Source of the DNA: Laetmonice hystrix
Lineage: Eukaryota
Direction: 5' to 3'
NCBI GenBank assembly: GCA_965235115.1
Contig: OZ249436.1
Coordinates: 34,412,001-34,472,000, forward strand
DNA length: 60,000 bases
Shown: positions 13,310 to 25,413 of the stretch, piece after piece
Position numbering within the stretch: the stretch's first letter is position 1
Layout: each line of letters starts with the position of its first letter
The notes under the pieces: generated by a model
What the model saw: the letters and a program-made list of their open reading frames with translations, nothing else
Told to the model about the DNA's origin: nothing
The model's database searches: none
Made by a program: the position numbers and the translations under genes

Positions 13310-13460
13310 AAGAGTTTACGTCCCCGCTAGGGTTGTTATATCGACGCTGTCAGATTTACTGGTCTTTATAACCGGAGCACCCGGCTAAAACATACGGAAT
13401 GTCACGGACAGACATTCGGCTTGAAAGGGGTTCGAACCCGGGACCATGGGCTGTTTGTAG
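13310..13460 (-). mobile_element. Decayed tRNA-derived SINE (Meta-/V-domain-like core)
   Basis: Minus strand shows a B-box (cccgggttcgaaccc), then gttttagccgggtgctccggtt, which resembles the GGTTTTCTCCGGGTACTCCGGTTTCC core of Meta/V-SINEs. A tail ctgacagcgtcgatataac...gacgtaaac follows. Family assignment is from recalled consensus, not a search. Confidence 0.55.
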
Positions 13461-13725
13461 GTGGTGAGTAACTATCAGAAGGGTAGTCTATAGGGTTGAA
13501 CAGCAAGAATTTAGAATAACATATAATTATGGATCCACGATTTTATGCTTTTATTTTAACCAGGTACAGAAGAGTGTAATATGATGGACCGGTGTGTGTG
13601 TGGGGGGATGGGGGGACTCTGGACGAGCCTGTACTTGATTCCCCTGAGTATAAACTGACCTATAGTATAATACATCCAGGTATCGTCAGAAGGGATTAAA
13701 AAAAAATCCCTTGGTGATACGAGAC

Positions 13726-13757
13726 TTCCGGTTCCGGTTCCGGTTCCGGTTCCGGTT
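13726..13757. repeat. (TTCCGG)5 microsatellite
   Basis: ttccggttccggttccggttccggttccggtt seen directly. Confidence 0.9.
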
Positions 13758-16591
13758 TTTAAAGAGATGGGAGGTGATGTCTTATTGTTATAGCATATCT
13801 GTGTAGAAGCAGATCACGACACCAGTGGCTAAGGTCGATATTGCGTTTCACAACAATCATTAAATTGTCGTATCGTTAAAAACAGTGCATATTAATGGGG
13901 GATTTCAACGGCAGGATAACGATGGTAGTGAAACACATGCATCCCAAACCCTGATTCTTCTTTTTTTTTTGCATGATGGATTGGAGTGGGGTGGGGTGGT
14001 GGTGTGAAAGTTCGTTTTCTTTGTTACAAGACTTGAGTGCTTGAGACTCTTGAATGATTCTTAGAGGCACAGACTCCACTGCATGCACTCCACTTGACTA
14101 TATTTCAGAAGAGAGACCAAATCGGTTGGGCATACTATACTCAAAGTTACAGGAGATGCGGGGTTAGGTGACTAACGGTGTATTCGCTAGGAATTACAGA
14201 TTATACCCAGCTGAACTGACTTCAGGTCGATTCTCTCCCAAACCTCCTACAGACTTAAAGGAAGATAGCATTTAGGTGAGACATGATCGAGAACATACTG
14301 GCTTGTGTACAGAGGGAATGTTACTCATCTTCTAGTATAGAAGGACATTTGGCAGGATATGATACTCTATGATAGGATAGACGTTGGGATTAAGTTCTGG
14401 TCTGAGATTTATACCTCAGAATCAGCCAAGAAACTGGAGAACCCACTGAAAGCTACCGGCATGGCAACAGGTACCTTACATAGCTGCTCACACGAGGCAC
14501 CAAAACAAACTTCACGGGGTGACGTAAACGCCTGAACGGAAGTGGAAGAACGGAAGTATACGTAATCCCGGAACTAAAAATCTGCCGGAACTAGAAATCT
14601 TGTATAGTACTCGTGTTTTGTTTGAGATGTATGCCTATTGGCGATCATATACCTCATATACTAAGGATTGATCTATTGGCAGGAACAATGCAGACTGGGC
14701 AGACAGACTCTGGAACCATCGATGCGAGTTACAAGTTTTTTTTATCATTTATAACAGTATGTAGCGAGCAGTGAGATCCGCTTATTTAATTGAATGGTAT
14801 ATACCAATCGTGTTTTAGCCTAATAAGTATGTATCTTAAAGGTTGTAACTGAGCTAATGGAATAAGTCGTCACGAAAAGACCACCAACTCTGTCGAGAAA
14901 AAGCACAATAAGCATTCAAGCAGAGAGTGGGAAGTAGGGAAGGGAGAGCACGTGGTCACATTGACGATCCCAGTGTTTGCGATATTGATCATATTCTTGA
15001 TCTAGACGGAAGTCTGTGGGTCCAATTAAAGAAGTGCTAGCCTAATCCCTAGCTGTCTCTGCAGCCCCTGTCGCCAGTCTCCGCCAGATCCTCATATGCT
15101 CCAGCCCAACTCAACTCTATCTGAAAGGATCCAATTTCTGCCAAGACCTGGCGCTCATGTCGGAGGGTGCGTCACCTTGATAGCTCTGCCTGCGGGGTTT
15201 GCGGAGCAGAGGAGCAACAAAGCCGGTCTTGGGGGAGAGCACCCTGAACTGGCTCCGTATCCGCGCCAATCGGAGCTGTCAATTCAATGAGAGCACCTCC
15301 TTAAAATGAAATTTCTGGGAGGTGGCGTCTGAAAATTACAGGTGGGGAAACACGTGATCGGGTCCAATCATTGAAATCGTCCCGGCCCGGGCTAGAAGGC
15401 CCGATGGCCTTATCAAAAGAACCTTTCTGATCGAACTCCCTTTCCTTTTTGTGCACCTTATACCATGTCCTGGGCATACGTTCAGAAACACTTTCCCCAA
15501 TGCATGCGGGGACTATTTGGGAGAAATATCAATAGAAAAGGCGATGGATTAATTCCCGGGGACAAATGACCCGACTCGCTGGCCTGGGGAACACATTGAC
15601 ATACGATAATCAGGACCTCGGGCCCTGCGCAACCAGGCGGCCATGGAGCCATCTCCCCCTCGCTGATCTCATCTCTCGGCTGTTTTCTGCCCCTACACTT
15701 TGAAAACAACTTTCTTGAGAGCAATGCCTGGAAGTATCCAGTGGGGGTAAGGGGTGGTCGATGGAGGCTTATCTTTGCGTTCAATGAGCACGTCTCGAGG
15801 CAGTGAGCTGTGCGGGCCCATCAGGACAATCGAAGTGCCGCCTTATGAGGCTTGCGTCAGGCTCTGCTAATCAAATCCTGGATTCATGTCAACACCCACT
15901 AATGGGGGCTCAACTCGGAGCGAAACAACCGACCAGGGCCACGCTGATATATATTATAAAGCCGTAGGAGTGTATATTATCTAAAGACCTCTCCGTACTA
16001 TACTGCAGCGAATCCAGTGTAAATGATACTGTATATGTCCAATATATACCCGTATACTTCCCCGTTTCCACCGAGTTCAATTTGGTATGTATACATTCCA
16101 GGTATTATATATGTTTTCATGCATGGGTGTATATAGAAATAAAAAAGTGGCATTTTGTCTGATGACAAAGTCGAAATGATATCAAGTCACACCAAGACTT
16201 GTGATTGGCCGACTGTGAGAGTTTTTACCGACCAGATGCCGTGATCGGATTTCAATCAGGATCAAGATTTAATTCCTCTGATGAAATCAAAACCTTCTTT
16301 TTATTGTGCTTCACATCGGAGCATCAGCAGGGGGGTGGCAGAACCCAGGCCATGGCACCTCCAACCCCAACACATTATACAGAGCGATGCGAGCGAGCAG
16401 CTATAGGTTACATTGTTAGACCAATCGGACATACCCTTATTCGCACATAATGCACTTGCCATGACATGTTCATCTTATGAAGACCTCTGCATATTGGCAT
16501 TAACAGAAAAGGTTTACATTGTAATTGTGGTGAAATTGTTTGGTTCCATTGTGTATTTGTTGGGGAGATGGTGGTTGGTCGAAGGAAAATG

Positions 16592-16593
16592 AA

Positions 16594-16624
<31 letters not shown>

Positions 16625-16627
16625 ATA
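16592..16627. repeat. (AATA)n microsatellite
   Basis: About 9 tandem AATA units. Confidence 0.95.
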
Positions 16628-16653
16628 CGAATAAAGCGTAATATTTTCTTTAA

Positions 16654-16788
16654 AGTGGCACCCCAAATTCCTGAAAGACTTACCTTTGAATTTTTTTTAA
16701 CTTTCGCTTATCGCTCGCACCTGAAATTTAAATGGTGCCACTGGGGTTCAAACGTGCAGTAAGTAGTTGAGGAATTTGGGGTGCTACT
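16654..16788. mobile_element. 135-bp MITE with TTAA target-site duplication (Kolobok-like)
   Basis: TTAA(16650-16653)-AGTGGCACCCCAAATTCCT...AGGAATTTGGGGTGCTACT-TTAA(16789-16792). The 19-bp TIRs have one mismatch. 5'-AG ends with a TTAA TSD fit Kolobok rather than piggyBac (CC ends). Confidence 0.85.
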
Positions 16789-17009
16789 TTAATTTATATA
16801 CTTTTGATCTTCTCAATGAAAGTCAAAACATATATAGTAAAATACACTTTCGGAAAAATATTAAATTGATAAAGGTCGCTTAATTCGCATGTCTTATTCT
16901 GGTGGGTAGTTGAAAAGTTTTCTAGAGTTTCAGAAAATAAGGTTCATTAAGAGATATAGGTGTTGATGAGTGGATGCCTGTGGTTGGTGGTATCGGGAAT
17001 CTATTGTGA

Positions 17010-17240
17010 CAAGTCCATTGGCCCGCGGGTTGGCCATATAAGGCCCCGTGACCGCGTCGCCATGGCCGCCATCGAACATCGGCCGTAATTATGGCCGCCT
17101 GACGTGACATGGACCGTGCTAATCTGGCGTAATGGAACCGCGGTGACGTTCGGGCCGCAGTGAGGTGGAGGAGGGGGACGTGGGGGGCAGATCTTGGAGC
17201 CGGGGCCCCCGCTATCGAAAGGTACCACGTCCTATCAATC
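17010..17240. promoter_or_regulatory. CpG-rich enhancer/promoter-like element with a perfect CArG box
   Basis: CCATATAAGG (17034-17043) matches CC(A/T)6GG. A reverse CCAAT lies at 17017-17021, TGACGT half-CREs near 17100 and 17144, and several TAAT cores sit in a GC-rich island. Confidence 0.35.
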
Positions 17241-20200
17241 AATTAACGGCAAGAGACGCACTTCTCATTTTCACCTTGCCCATGCCTCTCGGGCCATGCA
17301 CATGCCGTGCCATTAGTCTTGATTTGGGGGGGGGGGGGGGGTAGCTGACAGGCGAGGGCGACCGAGTGCTAGTCGGTAAAAAGTGCCGCTTGCCCGGCGT
17401 GTCCTGTCCCGTCCCCTTGGCCGTGACATATACTAATGACGGGCGGGTAGGCGGGGCGGCAGGGTGGGGTGGAAGGGGCCGGGGGTCCTGGGGGTTGGAT
17501 CCGGAGAACGGAGCCTGAATGCCTCGACTTCCGCCACCAGAGAGTCCTCCCTGATGGACAATGTATCCTGTACTGGGGCGGACGGTCAGGGCACTGAAAG
17601 CTCACCCATTGTCCTCACGTCTGCCAATATGGCTGCTCGCTAACTTCTGACTTATGCTAATGGCTTTCCCCCTCCGCCTCTTTTTTTCCAGGCACGCTAC
17701 CCGCGATCGCACCGGTAAATTGTTGTTGATGCATCTCAGTGGCGAAATTACACCCATATCCATATATTCATATGAGGCGCGGCCACACTGATGGCAGTCG
17801 CTTCCTGAGGGCTTGCTACGACTGTCGTCTGCCTCCACCAACTTTTGACTTCTACTAATACTAGGTGCGCGCCCTATCCACCAACCACCCCGGCATCACG
17901 CACCAGGGTCACCGCATGCAAATGACCCCACCGTCCGGTCATCAGCACCGCTTCATCCCCTCGCCTTGCTTGACTTTCCGAGAAATGCAGAAAGTTATTA
18001 CTTCCTGGGGGTTGGGCCCTGTGGCGTGACACGACAGGAGCGCCGCGACTTTAAAGGTTGACTTGGGCGACACAGTCCTCTGCGACAGCTTTCACGACCC
18101 CTCCCCCCACCCCACCACCCCGCCCCGGCGCCCACCAGCTCTCTCACAACCTACCCCACTCTCAGCAAATTGAAGCTGATGGAGCCCTCGGTCGACAATA
18201 GGCCAGTATCTTTAGGATCCGGCTAACTTTCGAACTAAGTGCCATCACTTCATTGCCACGTCAGGGCAGAGCGGCCGACCGGGCGGAGGCCAGCGCCCGA
18301 CACGGGGCAGGCTAGGTTGGGGGGCGGAGGACACTTTTGCTAAAAGTTTAATGGCAACAGGGTGGTTCCCCCGCTATAGGGCATTCATAATGGGGCGCCT
18401 GGCATATCGCATGCAAAGTAAAGCTAAAGCTGCCGCCAATTTAGGCCCTTGTCTGATTTATGATAGCTTGGTAGCCGCATCCTGTCATGTTTGCCCATTT
18501 TCCATAGCATCTCGGCGTGGCATCATCTCCTGTTGTATACCGGTCCCTGTTGCCATTTATCACAAAGGCTCCGGCATCAGGCTACGGAAAGAATGTTTCC
18601 CAGGCGCCTACGTGTATGCCTGTCTCTTACATACTGTATAGTCTAAGGCCTGAGGGGTTCCCACTATAATATTTGACCTTGGCCTCATACAATAATGTGC
18701 GTATGACAATACAGCGTCAGCCCAGCATTAATTTATTACAGAGGATGTTGGTATACTTACAGTATATTACAATCATATACTTACATTTTTTTTCTGTACA
18801 GGCAATATCTCTGAGCTTCTCCAAGCCTATGTAGTGTAATGTAATTCCCAGTGAATGCAGACCCCTTTAATGACCCATTTCATCAAGTGATTGTTGTCAA
18901 TTACAAAGAGCTTGCCCGTGGAATATCGCATTGTCCATCATTTATAGATGGCGGTATACACTTCAATAATCGCAAGGATTAAACACGTTTTTTTTTATCA
19001 AACCAACCTAAGGGCATCATGCACGGCTCAGATCTCCTGGATGATGCCCTTCCGATCAGGCGCCCCTTTGTACGCTGATCCGAGCTGACATGACCAGCGT
19101 TCAGTTACTCCAAGCATATACGTGACGGGTTCAAGGTTTGACGTTTGAGGCGTGCCCTTTTGGCCCTGCGGTTCTTGGAGAAAACATGCACTCGGCATCC
19201 GACCTGGCCTCTTCCGACTCTCCGGGCCGCAGGCTTCCGACACCGGGGCCAGGAGGCTGGCATCGGGGGCGGCATACAGGCCCTGCATACCATCACCTGT
19301 GCGTATTGTGTTGGAGAAGGGATGATGTTGTAAGTCGGATACATGTAGAGAGAGATGGTTGGGGGCGGGGGTGTGTATATGGTTCTGCTGGGTGGCAGGT
19401 GACTCATTTACCGTTCTCGGGGCCAGACTCCACCGCTGGCTGTGAGGGATCAATCTGCCGCAGGGGCCCAGCGTTGCGTAACCTTTGGCATATAGTGTCA
19501 GGTTATGATGGGAAAACGCCTCGCCCCGGCCTTCGGCTCCACTGCTGCATCCGACATCTGCCTTGGCCTGCCCTATACCAAAAGGGCGGGCCCCCTCCCT
19601 GACCCTGCACGTCCCGGCGGCCGCTCCCAAACCCACCGCCCTTAACAAGGAATACACGGCGGCTATACAGGCACCCGGGCGGTCATATGTCTCTGCCACG
19701 CATGCAGCCTGACTCCCCCCCCCCCCCCAACCCCCCAACCCCCACTCCCACACCCCATCCGCAAACAAACCTGGGTCCCGATGGTGCACAGAGCACGCAG
19801 GCCATCTCCTTACATCATGGAGTGCGTAGCATTACCTGGGCGCAGATCCCGACGGTGCCGTGGAAAGGTCACCGGGAGGCCCGCCACCGGCCACCGGGGC
19901 TTCCCCTCCCTCCCCTCCTCCCGCCATCTACCCCCCAGCACACGGTCTTAGGTCGAGCCGGACCAAAGGGCCACAGGTGCCCGCCAACGGGCGCGTACAT
20001 GGCCGCTGTCTAGAATACAGGTGCACCAATCTCCTTTGCCATACTTTATTCCTTTTGACAGGGAATCATGAGAAAGGGGAAATTGACAGGAAGTAATGCC
20101 TTTACCACGAGGCATGCAATGTAAACCTCAGAAATTTGGCCGTACGGACATGTGGATTTTTGCATAAAAAGTATTTTATGAAAATATAAAAGGCATATAT

Positions 20201-23200
20201 TTTTGGAGGGAATGGGGGAAGGCCCACACACTTGACCAGTTATAGCTCACAACACTTTACACATATATCTCTGCATTATAACTGGTGATGTATGAAGTTA
20301 GCTTGTCCCTGCCTGAGCAAACATTGTGTGAGAGGAGGTGAACGACGAATGGAGCGAAGTGACGTTTTCAGTTTACGTATTCACCTCAGGGTGTGATCGA
20401 ATCCCACCCGGCCCACCACGACCACACTGGAATCCCACCTGTCACTTCGTCAAACCCTCCACGATCCTCCCGCAGATTTAATAGTTTTACGGCGATGACA
20501 CTCATGGCTGTGAAATAATCTCTTTTCTAAATAATAAGATTCCGTTCATGCCATGAAAATGATTGATATATTTGGTATGCTCACGACCAGGGTTATTTGT
20601 ATACGAGTGCCCCCCCCCCCACGGCTCCTTCTGGCCTGTTTGTCTAGAGGACATACGGAGGAGGGCGACCCCTCTGTGGTATACAAACTACTTTACTTGG
20701 TCAGATCCCATGAAGCGATGCGAAACCGAGAACATTAAAGAGGCGTTTCGCCGGCCGGCGTTGAGTAGTATATGGAAATGGTTGCTATGTGCAGGTTATT
20801 ATGAACGAGTGCAGTCGACCAAGTAGTATAGAGAGCGATACGGCACATCGTGATCCCTACGCTCATAACCAAGGAATTATGGAACGCGTATAGAAACCAG
20901 ACTGTGTATCTTTAAAACATTCCTGGGGTTGCATATAATACAAGTCTATAAATGCATATGTTTGAGTTGAGTAGAGGGGGGTTATATTACTGCAACTATA
21001 TCGACATGCGAAGAGGTATGCGAGGGCGTTTTGTTATAAATGAGGTTTTAATGTTATCGGGCCACTGGATTTCTCATTAGGTTATGATCAAGCTAACTGT
21101 CTGGGGACGATTGTGGAAGTGTCAGCTATGACTGCGTGGGTATGATCCTGGGCCCTGAAGTGACGACAAGTCGGGAAGGGAGGGGACAGCAGGAAGAAAG
21201 AACAACCGGGGACACTGCCACCGGTCGCTTCCTGCTGTCAACATCTTCATTTCCTGAAACTTCACATCTATGAACTACAAGGCACAATCTCACGCCATGC
21301 GTGCATTATTAGGAATATGTTTTAGGAAAACAATGACGAGGTCGATAGCCCGAAGATTATGTCGGAAATTTAAGTTATAGGGTAGTATCAAGATTATCTA
21401 GCTGTATTTGCCTTGTAAATCCCGTCGCTCACGCCGACCCACGCATCCTATACAGGACACCCCCTCCCACCTCACAGCATCCCCACCCTCGTCACCCCGA
21501 CTACCCCTACCACCAACCCCACACGCCACCCCCCTGAGCAACTCCTTGACAACGTCTACACTCCCTCGAGCACTGGTTACAGCACTCACCAGCCGGTTCC
21601 ACGCAGCGCTCCTCTTTTTCAATTTTCGACTTCTGTCGGTGGAAATTGCTCATTTGAGTGGTGTGGCACGCGGTTATGGCCTAATTGGCGGGTGACGGCA
21701 TGAGGACGACAGCCCCGTGGCTGGAGGGGCCAACTCCTGGCGACGTTCAGGGCCCGTGTCACCGGTGCCTGCCCCACCGCCCGGCGCTCATCCCGACCCC
21801 GGACCCGCCACCACCAGCACAGTTGGCACTGCCAGGCTTTTAATTTGTATCTGCAGCGCCGGGGAAATTGTTCCTATTGAACACCTTTAAAGACGTGCAT
21901 TTATTCTAATTGCGGTGCGGCGGGCGTAATCCGCGGCACGAGTGACGGTGGCCGGATGGTAAATGGCGGTTCACGTCTTGGCGAGCTTGGCGGTGGCGGG
22001 GCGGGCGAGGCCAGCACCCCGGCAGGGCCAACCCGGGCAGCACCCGGGCGTCACCGCACGCTTACATCACAACAGCGCAATTTTAATCTCAGCATTGCAA
22101 TGAACCTAATTTGGCACACGCGCTGTCGACAATAAATGATCAGTGGGAGGCAGATGAGTGCACGTGGAGAAGGGCATGGCGTGGGAGCAGTTGTTTGTGG
22201 TAGGGATGGCCTCGGTCACGCTGCTACTGGCGGTGGCATGGTGCAGTGGTGCACAGTGGTGCATGGTGGCGGTGCAGGGGGAGCCACTATTCACCACAAG
22301 CCGTCACCGCTAACAGTTCCCCACCCGCCATGTTGTAGTGCCACACAGACAACCTCCAGGAACAAGGGTCTCCTGCCCGGCACCCATGAACAGACCCTTG
22401 CGTGGGATGTCAAAGCAGTGCCTCAAGAAAACTGTTCTTCTCACCCCGGCCAACCAATCACATTAACGATCTCTTATCTATATACTCACATACTCACTGT
22501 TATAGGTTTCACAACACTAGAATATATGGCGCCAGACTAATAGCGCAAAATCTTATCTCCCATCAAGACACATTAAAATAAATTAGTTATTAAATATGAT
22601 CTTTATTATATAATAGATTCCCCCGGAGTGTATATCATTATTCAAAAGAATGAAGCCAATGAAATTAACGATAGAGCTATATTTTGAGTGGACCCATAAC
22701 AGAGTAAATCACCTTCCATACGACAGCTCGGAATGACATACCTCAGTCGTGGATTATGAGATAATCCATGCTATTTCAGTAAGCCACTGAATATAGGTTT
22801 GATTTTTTTTTTTCAAAGACGTCTTATATAAATAAGGCTGGCGATGAGGCCATATTCCTATAACGTATGCATGAGGCCTATATATGGGCACCACTGTGGA
22901 AACTTCTATCTCATTTGCGAAAATGAAGCCTCGTCAAAGTCGATCGGCCCCGGGTTCTTTTTCTTACTGCCCGAATGAGGTTCACAATCAAAGACAATTT
23001 TCTTTTTATATTTGCTTGGAAGAGTCTCCTAGTCAGTAGGCTCGGGTCGGCGTCTAACCTAATTCCAACCTCGTCAGTAGGAAGGATGCTTCCTTCAGCC
23101 AGTCAGCTCAATAATGGCTGCCTGGCCTTACCCACTCAGGATCAACTATATTATAGTTAGGGCACAAAATAATAACGTTTTTTTCAAAATAATTTGTAAT

Positions 23201-23667
23201 ATATATACTAATTACGAGTATATAATATGTGTATGTGCATACATATTATGAATGTGTATAAATGCATATTAACCCTACTGTATATAAATATGTTTATGTT
23301 AAATCATTCAGAAGAAGATGAGGAATACGTTAACGAAAGAAAACTTACACAAGGAAGTAAATCACAGATCGGGATCACAATCCTTGAGTCTATAAGTGCC
23401 TTCATTGCCAGCACAGTGCACTCCAAGACCTTAGATTTTCATGTACAAGCATACTTGTCTCTACGGTGTTCGCCACTAATGTGGGCAATTGTTGCTATGT
23501 TTCCGACCTTAATGGGAATATAGTTACAGCGACTGTTATCGGAATCTTTGGCCTGGCCACTGGGCGACTTTGTTAGTGTTGAGGGATCAGTACATCTTAA
23601 TGCACATCTTAAACGATTGCCGACCCTATCCGTGTAGGGTGGGGGCTCAAAGACCCCGGGGGTAGTT

Positions 23668-24267
23668 GAGAGAGAGAGAAGGAGAGAGAGGGAGAGAAAG
23701 AGAGAGATGGAGAGAGAGGGGGGAAGAGGGAGGGAGAGAGGGAGGGAGAGAGAGGGAGAAAGAGGGAGAAAGAGAGAGGGAGAGAGAGGGAGAGACAGAC
23801 AGGCAGACAGACAGACAGACATAGACAGGGAGAGAGAGAGGGAGAGAGGGAGAGAGGGAGAGAGGGCGGGAGGGAGGGAGGGAGAGAGGGAGATGGAGAG
23901 AGAGGGGGGTGAGGGAGAGAGGGGGAGAGATGGAGAGAGAGTGGGAGAGAGAGGGAGAGAGAGGGAGAGAGGGAGAGAGGGAGAGAGAGGGAGAGAGAGA
24001 CAGAGAGACAGACAGACAGAGAGACAGAGAGACAGACAGAGAGACAGACAGAGACAGGCAGAGAGACAGACAGAAACAGGCAGACAGAGAGAGGCAGACA
24101 GAGAGATAGACAGACAGAAACAGACAGATAGAGAGAGGGTGGGGAGAGAGGGAGAGAAAGGGGAGGGGACATACAGAGAGACAAAGAGAGAGGGAGAGAG
24201 AAACAGACAGACAGAGGGAGAGAGAGGAGACAGAGAGACAGATAGAGAGAGAGGGAGAGAGAGACAG

Positions 24268-24314
<47 letters not shown>

Positions 24315-24347
24315 GGGGAGGGAGGGAGCGAGAGAGAGGGGGAAGGG
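23668..24347. repeat. Compound purine-rich microsatellite (GA/GGGA/GACA)n
   Basis: ~680 bp that is almost purely polypurine on the plus strand. It explains the S/L/P-rich and E/R/G-rich ORFs at 23439-24419. Confidence 0.97.
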
Positions 24348-24470
24348 TTGAAGCCATGGTTCTGTCATATCCGCCGGATGCCGTGGGTTAGACGGATTGA
24401 GTCGACATACATGTGCCATGGCGGCTCTATCAGAGCTGCTGATTGCTTTGTGGCTGTGGGCAACACAGCC

Positions 24471-24636
24471 ATGTCATCACCAGGCTACAGGTCGGACAGT
24501 CGAGGACTCGACTCGAATCACCCCCGACATCATACAGCAAGCCCGAGTGGCGACCGCCGAGAGTGCACGGAAAGTGCCGAGGGATTTCATGTGGGCCCGT
24601 TAGATAGTCACAGCGAGATTAAACTACAAACTCTTC
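24471..24636 (+). other. Candidate first coding exon (MSSPGYRSDSRG...EIKLQTL), product unknown
   Basis: ATG in acagccATG context at 24471. The frame is open for 55 codons up to overlapping donors GTAAGT (24637) and GTGAGT (24641), just downstream of the GA tract. Upstream ATGs exist, no homology is recognised and no downstream exon was identified. Confidence 0.22.
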
Positions 24637-25308
24637 GTAAGTGAGTCCCAGATTCACAGGCAGTTGTCGGGCAAGGATCGTGGTGTGTATTTGGGGGGGG
24701 GGGGGGGGGGGGCTTGGGTAGGGGTGAAGCATTGGTTTAACTTGACTTCGGGCATTATGCTTGTTATTAGGTCAAGAGGGGAGAAGTGCGGATGCGATCA
24801 GGAAAACCGAAATATCCAATGCGAAAGAAATGAAAGCGACAAAATATAACACCGCGTATCGAAATGGGAGAGGGGTACATAAATACGAATGTTCCTGCCT
24901 TTTTTTATTCAGCATTTGAAGGGGGAGCGAAAAACACGGTCACAATAAGCTTGTCCTGTGTGTTACATTCCAAAAAGAAGCGAAAACCATCTCAATGTCA
25001 TTTGTTCGACTTCCCAGTCGTAAGCTGCGAGCACGTATCCTCGTACATCGTGCCATGGGGGCAGTTGGCATATACTGTTTTTAAGTTTTTTTTTTTTTTT
25101 TTTTTTTTTTTTGAAGCACTTCTAAGGTTACGTTCCACAGGACATGTAGGGAGAACGCATTAGCGAACCGACAAACCATATTGCGGACGTGCAGTTCAGA
25201 CCTCTTTGCTTTCTGAGTGTGATGCCTTCAGCTTGTGCGCATGCGTAATGGCACGAATAGTTTGATTAAGGCTCTGGCAGCATGTGCTGCAATGTCGACA
25301 GCGAAACT

Positions 25309-25342
25309 CTGCTTCTGCTGCTGCTGCTACTGCTGCTGCTTC

Positions 25343-25373
<31 letters not shown>

Positions 25374-25381
25374 TCTGCTGC

Positions 25382-25413
<32 letters not shown>
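25309..25413. repeat. (CTG)n trinucleotide repeat with CTT/CTA interruptions
   Basis: About 35 triplets seen directly. Confidence 0.95.

Noticed and set aside
13425..13445. tRNA gene (GGTTCGAACCC B-box)
   Set aside because: No cloverleaf can be built; better explained as a SINE head
19028..19789. 253-aa minus-strand ORF, the longest non-repeat ORF
   Set aside because: No recognisable domain. It crosses a poly-G run and lies in a GC-rich island where stops are rare and opposite-strand ORFs overlap.
20559..20576. 17/18 match to the 3' part of invertebrate miR-190 (atgattgatatatttggt)
   Set aside because: The seed region differs and there is no adequate complementary star arm
21394..21407. 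14-nt match to the 3' part of miR-9 (ttatctagctgtat)
   Set aside because: Lacks the TCTTTGG seed and a hairpin partner
23439..24419. ORFs of 214-326 aa on both strands
   Set aside because: They are translations of the GA/CT microsatellite
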